Of a stretch of DNA of 64,000 nucleotides, positions 38,325 to 50,940 are shown one piece after another. Source of the stretch: the human T2T-CHM13v2.0 reference genome, Homo sapiens; the NCBI RefSeq assembly GCF_009914755.1, contig NC_060927.1; one strand, 5' to 3'. The notes under the pieces were generated by a model, which made no database searches, was not told the DNA's origin, and saw only the letters and a program-made list of their open reading frames with translations. The translations under genes and the position numbers were made by a program. Numbering within the stretch: position 1 is the stretch's first letter; every line of letters begins with the position of its first letter.

Positions 38325-41300
38325 TTCTTTCAGGTACAAGCATGATTTGAGGAGCTTTAGCGAAATTATGTCTGCCCCAAATATCTCACCCAATGTCCCT
38401 AAATATGACCTTAAACTCTAACATTTTTAAATATTAGTTCATTGCTACATATTTGCATATTCAATGTAAGTGCAAAATTATTAAAGATGTGTTAGAAGTA
38501 GAGGTGTTGGTTCCAGAAACAGAAATCTATATCGCTAGAGTCAATTCCATATATATATTGATGAGAAACATAAATTATTCCACCAACAAAAATCCTCTCT
38601 CTAGCAGCATAGAAGAAAGAACCATTTTATAATCAGGTATTAACTGAATTCGTGCATGTAAGGTAGCACAAGAGTAATTACAGATTCTGGACAGAATTTT
38701 ATACACTTTTTACAAAAAAAGTTAAAGAGATAAAAATTAAAATTTCTCTCATTCCCTTGAGAAACAAGAGGACATACCTTGTGACTGCTTCCAATACCTC
38801 TCCCGAGGGCCTTACAAATTAATTTTGGAAGTATGTGTTTACAGTTTAAGAATCAAACTCCTCAGTACCTCTTGTAAAATCAAAAGGCCTTACATTTTCA
38901 AGACCCATAGAAAGTGGAGAGGCAGTGCCACCCTGTTCTTTAGTAACAAAGAAGTCCTAATCAATACACATTTTATATTCATACACACATTTTCACTATG
39001 GCATTAAAGAATATAGGTATAAAATATTCAAATATTCAAACATTTTTCTCCCCCATGGATCTTTCTTTTTTCTTTTGCACCAATGGATCTCAAATTCCCT
39101 TTGGTAATGCTTTGTATTTATGAATAAACATTTATTAATATAGATAGAGAGCAAAGGTTTTTCACCAGTAATAAAGTTCTATTTCCTTAGGAGACTATTT
39201 CCTTGAGCGGAAGAGTTGAATGAAAATACTGTTTAAAGAAGGTGACTAACGGAATAGGTTGATTTTATTTTCAAACTCACAGAATTGGAAGTAGGCTGAT
39301 CATTAAATGCCACAATAAATGTGACTTCTCCCTGACGACCCAATATCACAATACAAGGCCTATCACTTCCCAGACAAATCACTTCTTTTATTGTTTTATT
39401 CTAGACACAGAGGCTGGTGCTGCCGGGGTTTTATTTTCCTGAAAATGTAGAAAGAATGAAAGATCTAGCTCTGCTATTCACTATCCAGTCCTTTGTTTAA
39501 CCTCCTGAATTTCTCTCACACAATCCATTCTTGTTTTCCATACTGAACACAACTTGTGACATTTACTCCACTTTCATTGAACCATCAGTGGGATTTCTGC
39601 CTTTTGGGGAAAAAAAATGGTCTTGTACTGTTTTTAATGTTTCTACTCTCAACGGAATTCTGCATTTATCACTTTTTCTCCTCATTTTTTTGTCTTTTTT
39701 CTGAGATTTGGGTAGGAGGGAATATAAAGTTCCAGAGTTGCCATCTTAAACTAGAAGCACAAACTTCAGTTCCGACCTGTGCTGGATCTGGTGCTTCATT
39801 TCTACCATCTGAAATAGTCTCTATTCTCTGCCATATCCCTTTCACATGCTTGAGAAAATCCTTATGTAAACTTTCAGACACAATTAATCTTCCCTCTAGA
39901 TTGGCATCAGATACACCTTCCTATATTTGAGACTCTACCAGTGTATAGTTCTCAGTGGAAAGCAGTGGTCTGTGTTCTACTACCAAACCCAAATGGTTCA
40001 GATGCTAGATTTCCTTGTACCTTTGATAACTGGCATGCAGAGTGTAGATATTTGAACCAATATTTGCAAATTTGATAAACCATCTGGGACTTCGAATTCA
40101 GGAAACAACAGTGCACAGAAGCATCATGCTATCTAGGCAATATATTTCTAATATGTTTATCTTCTGCATAGTTAACTTTACCAGATTTCTCATGTATTCA
40201 ACCGAAATCACTCACTGATACAAACAAAGGCAACAGAGTACAGACTTCTGGAAAGAGATCCTCAGAAAGTAGTGGTAATTTGGGGTTGGGAATTTTGCTT
40301 AATTCAGGCTGAATGTAGTATATATTTAGTTTTATTTTTATATTCTGCCAGTCCAAGGTATGCAGTAGTGAAAGAGTTAATTAAGTTGATGTATAGAATC
40401 TCCTAGAGTGAGGTGCTCATTGAAACTTTTGGCATTTTAGTTGGCTACTCCCTAAATAGCAAAAAGGACAGGAGAAATTCAATAAACTACAAGGTGAATT
40501 GGCTACCATCAATGACACAAAAAAACTTAGAGGAAAAAAAAACATATTAAAATGTGTTTATTATTTCCCAACGCAGGAACTATCTGTGACCTTGCTAAAT
40601 AATATCTTTCCTCTTGTAGTTTCAGAGTAAGAAAAACAAATTAAAAGTTTGATGCTATGATTTGCTGAATTACTCCTTTATTTTATCAAATTGAAACACT
40701 GGGAGATATTAAAATAATACACTATTACTTTCTATACCCCTGTGAAAACACTAAAACTGCAAATTAAACTGTGATACAAGGCTTTGATATAAATTATTAT
40801 TTTTTATTTATCAAAGAGCCCTAGATTTATTTAGACAAAATCTTATATTTATCACTCTTATAGTTCATAACAGAAACTGCAAAGAGTAAATTAGTTGAGG
40901 CATGAGTAAATGTCTTTAAACTTAATACCTGAATTTTCAGATCACCTTTCAACTTGGAGTCCATGATATATTGGTTTTCCCTTGTACCCCCGAGACTGTT
41001 GATTATGCTGCAACATTTTTTTTTTCCTTAAAAGTTTTAACATTATAACTTCTGGGATGTTTGTCAAAGCTTCTGACACAGAAGTTTTATTGCTAGTTCT
41101 TCCAGATTGATTAAACTCTTATCCATTTGCTAATTTGAATTTCATGGAAGTTAAGCAGTTCTGTTCAAATTTTCAAATTTTCTGAGAAACTGGTAGTCAA
41201 CAATTTAACCATAGTCCTACCTGTCACATTAACCTATCACACCAAGTTCTTGATTCATTAACATTACTTCCTCTCTTCTAAAGGATGTGGCAAATTCTCC

Positions 41301-41413
41301 TGCCTCCATTTGTATTATCTGATGCCTGAACAGGTACTCTGTTACATCCAATTTAGTGACAAAGTTAACACAACTTTTATTTGTAGGATGTTTTATTTCT
41401 GTAGTACCTTAAA

Positions 41414-41525
41414 GCAGTGCTTCTCATAATGTACATATAACTCATAAGGATCTAGATAAAATGCAGATTATTATATATTAGGTAGGATTGGGAGTGGAGG
41501 GGTGGAATGCTAAGATTCTATATGC
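41414..41525. mobile_element. MER5-type MITE fragment
   Basis: cagtgcttctca...ggatct...aaaatgcagatt...taagattct. Confidence 0.45.
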
Positions 41526-41529
41526 TCTG

Positions 41530-42055
41530 CCTATCCCAGATTATCCCAATACATAAGTAGCAAGTATCGGAGCATAAGTCACCCGGATTTTGCTATGTAA
41601 TGGATTATGGAATTGTAGTAATATCCCCATTAGAATAAAATATACATTTTCTATGCAAGTGGTGAACTTTATTTTTACAAACATATTGATGAAAAGCAAA
41701 TTGAGACAACATGTGTCTGAAGATTTTCTTGTTTGTTTCAGGAAAGATGAGACTGTAAATTCGTAGGTGACTTTGTACCTTGCTTTGGGAAAGTTCTTGA
41801 GACACGTGTGAATGAAAAAAGGCTTACAAACTTTGCCAAATTCCCATCCCATCAGTTTCTTGCCATAAAGGACCCATCTTAAACTACTTGAGCTCAAACT
41901 CCTCAGAACCCTAAATAATCCCACTTCTGACTCCCCTTCTGTGACAGTCCAAAGACCTTGTCAAGGTGGTGTATTCCATTACTGAAGTGATGGTGAATAA
42001 ACTAAGGTTTGCTTTATAACAGGCTATCTGGTGATAATTCATTGAGCTTTAAAAA
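41530..42055 (+). mobile_element. Old ERV1 solo LTR (MER90/MER110-like)
   Basis: 3' part aaccctaaataa...tgtcaaggtggtgtattcc...aataaactaaggtttgcttt resembles this LTR group. The 5' boundary is uncertain. Confidence 0.45.
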
Positions 42056-42414
42056 GCTCAACCTAATCTTTTTGAAGACATTTTGAGTGGCAATTAAATA
42101 CAACACATGTTGTTTCAACAGTGTAGGTAAATCATTTTAATGATAAGAATATAAAAGACAATGATTATATTTGCACAAGTATAGGTAATAGCAACTAAAT
42201 CGGGATCTCTACCTTACAGTGTAAGATGTCATGTTTTTGGAGGTGCATCCAGAAATTAGTGATGTTATAAAGTGATATTAAAGTATGCATTTTAGAATCT
42301 TTAATAAATAGATTTTTAGTTATTTCTATATGCCACACACATATAAGCACGTTAGTAAGTGAAAAACACTTGAGAATATAATTAAACTACTTAGAAGAAC
42401 TCTGAAGGCTAAGA

Positions 42415-42592
42415 GTAAGATTGGCTATATAATTTGTGTGTTCCATAGCAAAATGAAACTGTGAAGACCTCTTTTCAAAAATTAAGAATTTCAGATGCAT
42501 TAAACCAAACAGAACTTTAAACCAATCATAGGGCTCTTCTAAGAGTGGAGCTCTGCAACTGCACAGGTTGCATGTCCAGGAAGGTGGCCTTG
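42415..42592. mobile_element. MER45A hAT-Tip100 MITE
   Basis: ggctatataatttg...gcaaaatgaaa...ttcaaaaattaagaatttca...actgcacaggttgcatg. Confidence 0.75.
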
Positions 42593-43009
42593 GCTCACCA
42601 TATCTCGTACATTGAAACCTCAGAGTTCCCATTGCTACAGAGCAACCTTGTGGATCAGAGAACAAATCAAGTAGCTAAGTGATCTGGCTTGAATATTATT
42701 TGAGCCACTGACATTTCCATTACATTGAGCAAGTTAGATAGCTATGCTGAGCATCATTTCATGATCTGTCATTTAAATTAAATTACTTTACAATACACGA
42801 AGTGCTAAAGCTTCATAAACTCTGATACCCGGAGAGATTTATTTGTGCCCTTCATTTAGCAAGAAGCTAATTCAAGAGTGTTTCTTACTAATTGCAGCAA
42901 CAGTGATATGCAAACTCTCTAATTGAGCTTCTGAAATTGCTGAAGATTATTTTCTGTGTCACAAAGCATCCACTGTTGCATAGTTGAATGTGTGCTTTTA
43001 GCACCTTTG

Positions 43010-43340
43010 CCATGCTTGACGTCTACTAGCAATCCTTGGCATTCCTTGGCTTTTAGCCACATCACCTTAATCTCTGTCTCCATCTACACATGGCTTCTCT
43101 TGTCTATCCTCTCTTTGTCTCTAAACTTCCTCCACCTCTCCTCTATAAGGATACATGTGATTACATTTAGTTAGGAGCCACCCCAATAATCCAGGGAAAG
43201 CTCTTTCTGTCAAGATTCTTCACCAGATCTTTTGCCATGTAAGGCAATATTCATTCTTTTTACCATATAAGGTGATAGTCACATATTCTGGAGATTAGCA
43301 CTGGATATGTATTTTGGGGACCACCATTTAGCCTACCACA
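43010..43340 (-). mobile_element. MLT1 (C/E-like) LTR fragment
   Basis: gcaatccttggcattccttggctt...tataaggatacatgtgatt...ttttgccatgtaagg...tttagcctaccaca. Confidence 0.75.
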
Positions 43341-43371
43341 CTCTCCGTTTATCACTATCATTAGTCTAAAA

Positions 43372-43536
43372 AGCATTTCTCAAGCTTGTCTGCGGATTGG
43401 AAGCTTTAAAAGTTACTAATGCCAGGGCCTCACTCCAGAGATAATCATTTAATTAGTTTAGAGAATAGCCTGCACATCAGAAATCTTTAAATCTCCCTAG
43501 CTGATTCTGAAATTTAACGAAGATTGTAAAACATTG
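43372..43536. mobile_element. MER5B-like MITE
   Basis: ttctcaagctt...aatgccagggcctcactccagaga...tttaatt...ctccctagctgattct. Confidence 0.55.
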
Positions 43537-43589
43537 AATTAGGTAACAGCCTAAAATTCTCTGAGGATTTTCAATTAAAGACAACTTTG

Positions 43590-44330
43590 AAAAGAGTGAT
43601 GATACAAAAAGACCTGCAGCACTTTATATTAGGAACTTACATTAGTAATTCATATTAATGAACATCTGGAGGCTATAAAAAGGGAGGATATTGAGAATGC
43701 AATGACAGATTTAGCTGACTTAATCAATACAGGTCTATCTTTTGGAGCTTCTGGATTCACTGTAGTAGCATAAACAGCTGTGGGGGTTCACATTATTGGT
43801 GAGATTGCACTGATATCCCATGGCAAATTAAATGAAAATGCTATCAATTCCAGGACAGTAAGTTGAGAAATAAATCCAAACAATTTTGACAGAGAAAAAA
43901 AATGCTAGAGTGAATTTAACATGGCCCACCCACTACCTAAATCTCCTATGAGAGCCCAGAGGACACTCTACACCAAGGGCCAGGATATGCTTTGGGGACA
44001 GTCGAGGATGTCATCACCTTTGAAAAATGCTTTGTGGTGGTAATTCTCTATAGATCATAGATACTGATACAGGTTCTATTGGTAAAATGGATTCAACTCA
44101 ACTGCATTCAAGAGAATGAGAGGGCCCCAGGAAGGTGGAGATCAAATACTGGCACAGTAATTCCAGATGCAAGGTAGACAATGTTGCCACAACAGACTGA
44201 AGAGCTGGTAAAGTCATCAAAATGGTTTGCCTTAAGGATCTTTGTAGGGTCGAATTTTTCTTGACCCTAAGGAGTAAAATAGCAGGCAGCCTTCCAAAAG
44301 GTCATCTTTATTTTAATTAAAAATTATTTC
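43590..44330 (+). mobile_element. Decayed ERVL gag fragment
   Basis: tctggattcactgtagtagc (SGF.V.A), gagagcccagaggacactc (EGPEDT-like) and tttgaaaaatgctttgtggtgg resemble ERVL gag. Confidence 0.5.
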
Positions 44331-44461
44331 AGTGTGTGCAACTGAGAAAAAAATATATATATATATGTACATATAAACAAATTTTTAGTCATACCACCTA
44401 ACTCAGTTCCCATCAAATCTGTGAATTCAGAGAGAAATCATTGAATAAAATGATTAAATGG

Positions 44462-44784
<323 letters not shown>

Positions 44785-45279
44785 CTATAATTTCTGAACT
44801 ATAGACTTAAGTTCTTCCGCCTAGGCTTTTCTCAATGATACTGAGGGACATTCTTCAAGGTAACTGACTAGGAAGAGCAAAACATCTAGGCATTTTAAGG
44901 AATTTTAATCACAGGCTGTTGGTAACACTTTAGACATTGTCACATTGTTAGGTCAAGCAACTACATCATTTTAGAATATCACCAGAAGTATAAACTAGGT
45001 CCTATTACTCCACATATTTTCCAGTTAATTGTGATTATTATTAACACTGTGTCTGAATAACTTGTCAAGTCATTTGGGAAAATACAGTTTTGATTCACAT
45101 TTCCCTTTGTGGATACACCATATTTTAAAATCAACTTATATTTTCTCTCTTGAATTTTTTAAATGTCCTAAGTTTTTGATTGGGTTGTGTGTCTTTTTAA
45201 TTTTACATTTAGAAATTCATTTTATGTGCTAGATATTAATTAACTTCAGTTATATTTTTGCTATTTTCTCTAATTTAGA

Positions 45280-45872
45280 TATTTAAATAGACTTTATTTT
45301 TAGAGCAGCTTAGATTCACGGCAAAATTAAGCGGAAAGTACAGAATTCCTTTATACTTGTTATCCCTAACCTTCCACAGCCACCCCACTATCAACATCTC
45401 ATACCAGAATGGTACATTTGTTACGATCAATAGACCTGCATTAGCACATCATTATCATGCAAACAGCATTGTTTACTCAAGAGTCCACTCTAACTGTTGT
45501 ACATTCTATCAGTTAAGACAAATGTATAATGACATGTATCTAGCATTTCAGTATCATGCGCAATAGTTTTACTGCCCTAAAAAATGCTATGTGCTTCACC
45601 TGTTGATCCCTTCTTTCCCCTAACATCTAGCAACCTCCAATCTCTATTGTCTCCAAAGTTTTGCCTTTTTATGTAATGTCATATAGTTGGAATTCTATAG
45701 TATGTAGGCTTTTCCTGCTGCCTTCTTTTATTTAATAATATACACTTTAGTTTCCTCCATGTTTTTTTCATGAATTGATGACTCATCTCTTTTAGAGCTG
45801 AATAATATTCCATTGTTTGGATGTACCACAGTTTATTTATCCATTCACTGACTGAAGAACATCTTGGTGACT
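45280..45872 (-). mobile_element. L1MC1-like 3' end
   Basis: agactttatttttagagcag...gcaaaattaagcggaaagtacaga...ggatgtaccacagtttatttatccattcac. Confidence 0.8.
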
Positions 45873-45949
45873 TATGTATATATACACATGCACACAAAAT
45901 AAAAAGAAATTCATAACTATAATATGGTCTAGGATTACTAATTATAATA

Positions 45950-46700
45950 TGGTCTAGGTTTTCCACCTTATCATATATGGTTTATATATTTTGCATCTTA
46001 TTGAGATATCTTTCTTCCTCTGAGACGGTAAAATTGCATTCATTTAAAATATTAAAATTGTGTATTCAAATTTGATTATTTTATATACTTGGAATTAATT
46101 TTTGCATAGATTACACTGTAGAAATACAATTTATCTTTATTCCATATGTATAACTTTTTCTTCTAGTCTAATTTATCAAATAGTCATCTTTCCACATCAT
46201 TGTGCAATGTGTGCCCTGTCATTAATCGAGTTCCGTAAGTGAGTGGATTTAGGACTTGGCTCTCTGTTTTGTAGCAGTAATATATCTGATTATACTATAT
46301 TATTTTACTGTATGGTATTGATATTTTTAAAAATATATTTTGATACCTAGTAAGGCAAAACCCCATAATATGCTCTTTTTCAGGGGTGACTGCAGATACC
46401 TTACCAAGTACATTGTAGAATGAGGTCATCGTATTTCATAAACAACAACAAAAAAATCTGTTGGAAATTTGCTTGGGAATTTAATGGATGTGTAGATTTA
46501 TTTGGAAATTACTAAAATATTTTGAATATTGAAACTTCCTTTTTAATAAATTTTAATAAAATTCTTACATACATTTTAGAGGGTTTATTTTGTAAATATG
46601 TGTGTTATAACTATAAACAGTATATTCATTAAATTCTTAAGTAATATTTTCTAATTTTTTGATTCTTGAGTACAGTTTGTGTTTGTGCATGGAATTACAA
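45950..46700 (-). mobile_element. Old L1M ORF2 fragments
   Basis: ttggaattaatttttgcata..., aatctgttggaaatttgcttgggaatt...gatgtgtagatttatttgg. Confidence 0.45.
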
Positions 46701-47039
46701 TTATTTATGTTTTGATTCTTGATACATGATTGTGACAAACAAGACAAAGAGCATTCTCTCATAAAACTAAACTTTTGTTTGATACAGGACAATTAGAAAA
46801 GTAAATGAATTAGTAATTAGTAATTATAGATATTAGTAAGTATTATAGAAAACTAATAAAAAACATTAGGTTTTGATCTGGGCAGTTCATCTCTGATAGA
46901 ATACTTAGGAAAGTGTCTCTGAAAAGCTGGATTTGCAGTAGTCTTTACGAAATCTTCATTAATAAAATGTTCAGAAGACAGTTCTTGGTCTTTTCTTAGT
47001 CGTAGTCACAAAATTGGTAACCCCATTTAATCTTGTAGA

Positions 47040-47195
47040 TATGAAAATCACCTTTTTCCAGTGGCAGACTCTCCATGTCTCTCTCCCAAACTAGTCAACA
47101 TCTCTACTTGGACATTCACTAGATCATTTAGACTTCACATGTTCAAAATTGATGTCTAGACCCCCACCATTGTCCACTAAAATCTGTTTCACTCA
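47040..47195 (+). mobile_element. L2 fragment (resumes at ~54038-54100, after the L1)
   Basis: acatctctacttggac...cacatgttcaaaattga. Continuation aacttcatcttc...ttaggccaaaaacc. Confidence 0.55.
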
Positions 47196-48294
47196 CTCTT
47201 CTTTCTTTCTGTTTTTGTTTTTCTTTTTTTTTTTCAACTTTTATTTTAGATGCAGGGGGTACATGTGCAGGTTTCTTACACACGTCTATTGCATGATGCT
47301 GATGTTTGGCATGCAGATCCTATCACCCAGGTAGTAAGCACAGTTCCCAATAGGTAGTTCTTCCACCCACACCCCACTCCCTTTCTTCCCCTCCCCTCTA
47401 TTAGTCCACAATGTCTATCATTCCCATGTTTATGTCCGTGTGTGCTCAATGCTTAGCTCCCACTTATAAGTGAGATCATGTGATATATGGTTTTCCGTTC
47501 TTGCGTTAATATGCTTATGATTATGGCCTCCAGCTACATCCATGTTGTGGCAAGGGACATGATTTCATTTTTTTTTTATGGTTGCGTAGCATTCTGTGTT
47601 ATATATACATCACATTTTCTTTATTCAATCCACCATTGTTGGGAACCTAGTTTGATTCCACATGTTTGCTATTGTGAATAGCACAGCAATGAACATATGA
47701 GTGCATGTGTCTTTTTGGTAGAAGGATCTATTTTTCTTTGGGTATATTCCTAGTAATGGGATTCCTGGGAATAATGGTAGCTCTGTTTTAAGTTCTTTGA
47801 GAAGTCTCCAAACTGCTTTCCAAAGTGTCTGAAATAATTTACATTCCCACCAACAGTGTATAACCATTCTCTTTTCTCCACAGCCTCGCCAACATCGTTA
47901 TTTTTTTGACTTTTTAACAATAGCTGTCTCACTGATGTGTGACGGTATATCATCGTGGTTTTGATTTGTATTTCTCTGATGATTAATAATACTGAGTGAT
48001 TTTTTTTATGTTTGTTGGCCGCTTACATGTCTTCTTTTGGGAAGTATCTGTTCATGTCCTTTGCTCATTTCTGAATGGGGTTATTTTACTTTTGCTTATT
48101 TGTTTAAATTATTTATAGATTCTGGATTTTAGACATTTGCCAGATGCAGAGTTTGCCAATATTTTATCCCATTCTGTAGGTTGATAGCTTCTTTGGCTGT
48201 GCAGAAGTTCTTTAGTTTAATTATGTCCCACCCTTTTATCTTTAATCCATCTTGAGTTATTTTTTATATGGTGAAAGGTAAGAGTCCAATTTCA

Positions 48295-48610
48295 GACCGG
48301 CCACGGTGGTTCATGCCTGAAATCCCAGCACTTTGGGAGACCGAGGTGGGTGGATCACTTGAGGTCAGGAGTTTGAGACAAGACTGGCCAACATGGTGAA
48401 ACCCCGTATCTACTAAAAATACAAAAATTAGATGGGCATGGTGGCGTGTGCCTGTCATCCCAGCTACTAGGGCAGCTGAGGCAGGAAAATTGCTTGAACC
48501 CGGGAGGTGGAAAGAGGTCGCAGTGAGCCGAAATCGCAGCACTGCACTCCAGCTTGCTAGGCGACCGAGAGGGACTCCTTCTCAAAAAAAATAAAATAAA
48601 TAAAAATAAA
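48295..48610 (+). mobile_element. AluS (Sx/Sz-like) nested in L1
   Basis: Full dimer with ggatcacttgaggtcaggagttt and an A-rich tail. Confidence 0.95.
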
Positions 48611-50205
48611 TTGAAATCCTGTTTCATTTTTCTGCCTATGGCTAGCCACTTATCCTAGCACCATTTATTAAATTAAGAGTTCTTTCCCCATTGCTTGTTT
48701 TTATTGATTTTGTCAAAGATCAGATTGTTGTAGGTGTGCAGGTTTATTTCTGGGCTCTCTATTCTGCTCCACTGGTCTATGTTTCTGTTTTTACACCAGT
48801 ACCATGCTGATTTGGTTACTGTAGCCCTATATTGTAGTTTGAAGGCAGGTAGTGTAATGCCTGCAGTTTTGTTCTTTTTACTTAGGATTGCTTTGGTTAT
48901 TTCAGGCTCTTTTTTGGTTCCATATGAATTTTGGAAGAGTGTTTTTCCTAATTTTGTGAAAAATGACATTGGTAGTTTGATAGGAATAGCATTGAATCTG
49001 TAAATTTCTTTGGATAGTATGGCCATTTCAATGATATTGATTTTTCCTGTCCACAAACATGAAATGTTTTTCCATTTGTTTGTGTCATATCTGATTTTTT
49101 TCAACAGTTTTTTTGTAGTTCTTTTTGTAGAGACCTTTGGCCCCCTTGGTTAACTGTATTCCTAAGTATTAATATTTAATTTTCTTTGTGACTGTTGTAC
49201 ATGAGATTATGGTCTTGATTTGACTCATCGTAGATGTTATTGGTATATAGAGATGCTACTGATTTTATATATTGATTTTGTTTCCTAAAACTTTACTGAA
49301 GTCATTTGTCAATTCTAGGAGCCTTTTGGCAGAGTCTTTAGGGTTTTCTAGGTATATAATTATATTGCCAGTGAAGAGGGATAGTTTGTGTTCTTTTCCT
49401 ATTTAGATGTATTTTATTTCTTTATCTTGCCTGATTATCTGGCTGGGATTCCTGGTATTATGTTGAATAGGAGTGGTGAGAGTGGGCATCCTTGTGTTGT
49501 TCCAGTTCTCAAGGGGAATGGTCCCGGTTTTTGCCTGTTTAGTACGATGTTGGCTGTGGGTTTGTCATAGACAGCTCTTATTAATTTGAGATGCAATCCT
49601 TTGACAGTCTGTTGATGGTATTTATCATGAAGGGGTGTTGAATTTAATCAAAAGCCTTTTCTTTGTCTATTGAGATAATCATATGGTTTCTGCTTTAATT
49701 TTATCTAATGAATCACATTTATTGATTTTCATATGTTGAACCAGCCTTGCATCCAGGGAGTAAAGGCTACTTGATCGTGATGTATTAACTTTTTGATGTG
49801 CTGCTGGATTTGGTTTGATAGTATTTTGTTGGGGACTTTTACATTTATGTTCATGAGGAATATTAGCCTGAAGTTTGTGTGTATGTGTGCATGTGTGTAT
49901 GTCTGTCTCTGCTAGATTTTAGTATCAGGATGATGTTGGATTTGTAGAATGAGTTAAGGAGGAGGCTCTCTTCAACAGTTTTTTAAGAACGGTTTCAGTA
50001 GGATTCATTCCAGTTCTTCTTTGTATGTCTTGTAGAATTTGGCTGGGAATCCATCTGGTTCAAGGATTTTTGTTTGTTTGTTTGATGGGTTTTGTTATTA
50101 CTGATTCAATTTCAAAGCCTGGTATTGGTCTATTTGGGGTTTCAATGTCTTCATGATTCAATCATGGAGATTGCATGTTTCCAGGAATTTATCAATTTTC
50201 TCTAT

Positions 50206-50512
50206 TCCCTTCCCTTCCCTTCCCTTCTTTTGACAAAGTCTCTCACTCTGTCACCCAGGCTGCAGTGCAATGGCTTGATTTTGGCCCACTGAAACCTCCC
50301 CTCCTGGGCTCAAGCAGTTCTCCTGCCTAAGCCTCCTGAGTAGCTGGGGCTACAGGCACAAGCCACTGCATCCAGCCAAGTTTTGCACTTTTCGTAGAGA
50401 CAGGGTTTTGCCATGTTTCCCAGACTGGTCTTGAACTGCTGAGCTCAGTTGATTTGCTTGCCTCAGCCTCCCGAAGTGTTGGGATAAGAGGCATGAGCAA
50501 TCACACCTGGTC
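50206..50512 (-). mobile_element. AluJb-like nested in L1, with (TTCCC)n tail
   Basis: ctcctgggctcaagc and gacagggttttgccatg. TSD-like caattttctcta / catttcctcta. Confidence 0.9.
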
Positions 50513-50617
50513 CATTTCCTCTAGATTTTCTAATTTGTGTGTATAAAGTTGTTCATAGCCTTCTGTGAGGATTTTTGTGTATTTATATGGGATCAGTTAT
50601 AAGGTGTCGTCTTTGTC

Positions 50618-50652
<35 letters not shown>

Positions 50653-50940
50653 TTTTTTGAGACGGAGTCTTGCTCTGTCGCCCAGGCTGGAGTGCAGTGG
50701 CGCAATCTCGGCTCACTGCAAGCTCTGCTTCCCGGGTTCTCACCATTCTCCTGCCTCAGCCTCCTGAGTAGCTGAGACTACAGGCACACACCACCACACC
50801 TGGCTAATTTTTTGTATTTTAGTAGAGATGGGGTTTGACTGTGTTGCCTAGGCTGGTCACAAACTCCTGAGCTCAGATAATCCACCCGCCTCAGCCTCCC
50901 AAAGTGCTAGTATTACAGGAGTGAGCCACCGCACCAAGCC
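50618..50940 (-). mobile_element. Mosaic Alu (Y-like right arm, S-type left arm) nested in L1
   Basis: (TTTA)n tail. TSD tcgtctttgtc / tcatctttgtc. Confidence 0.9.
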
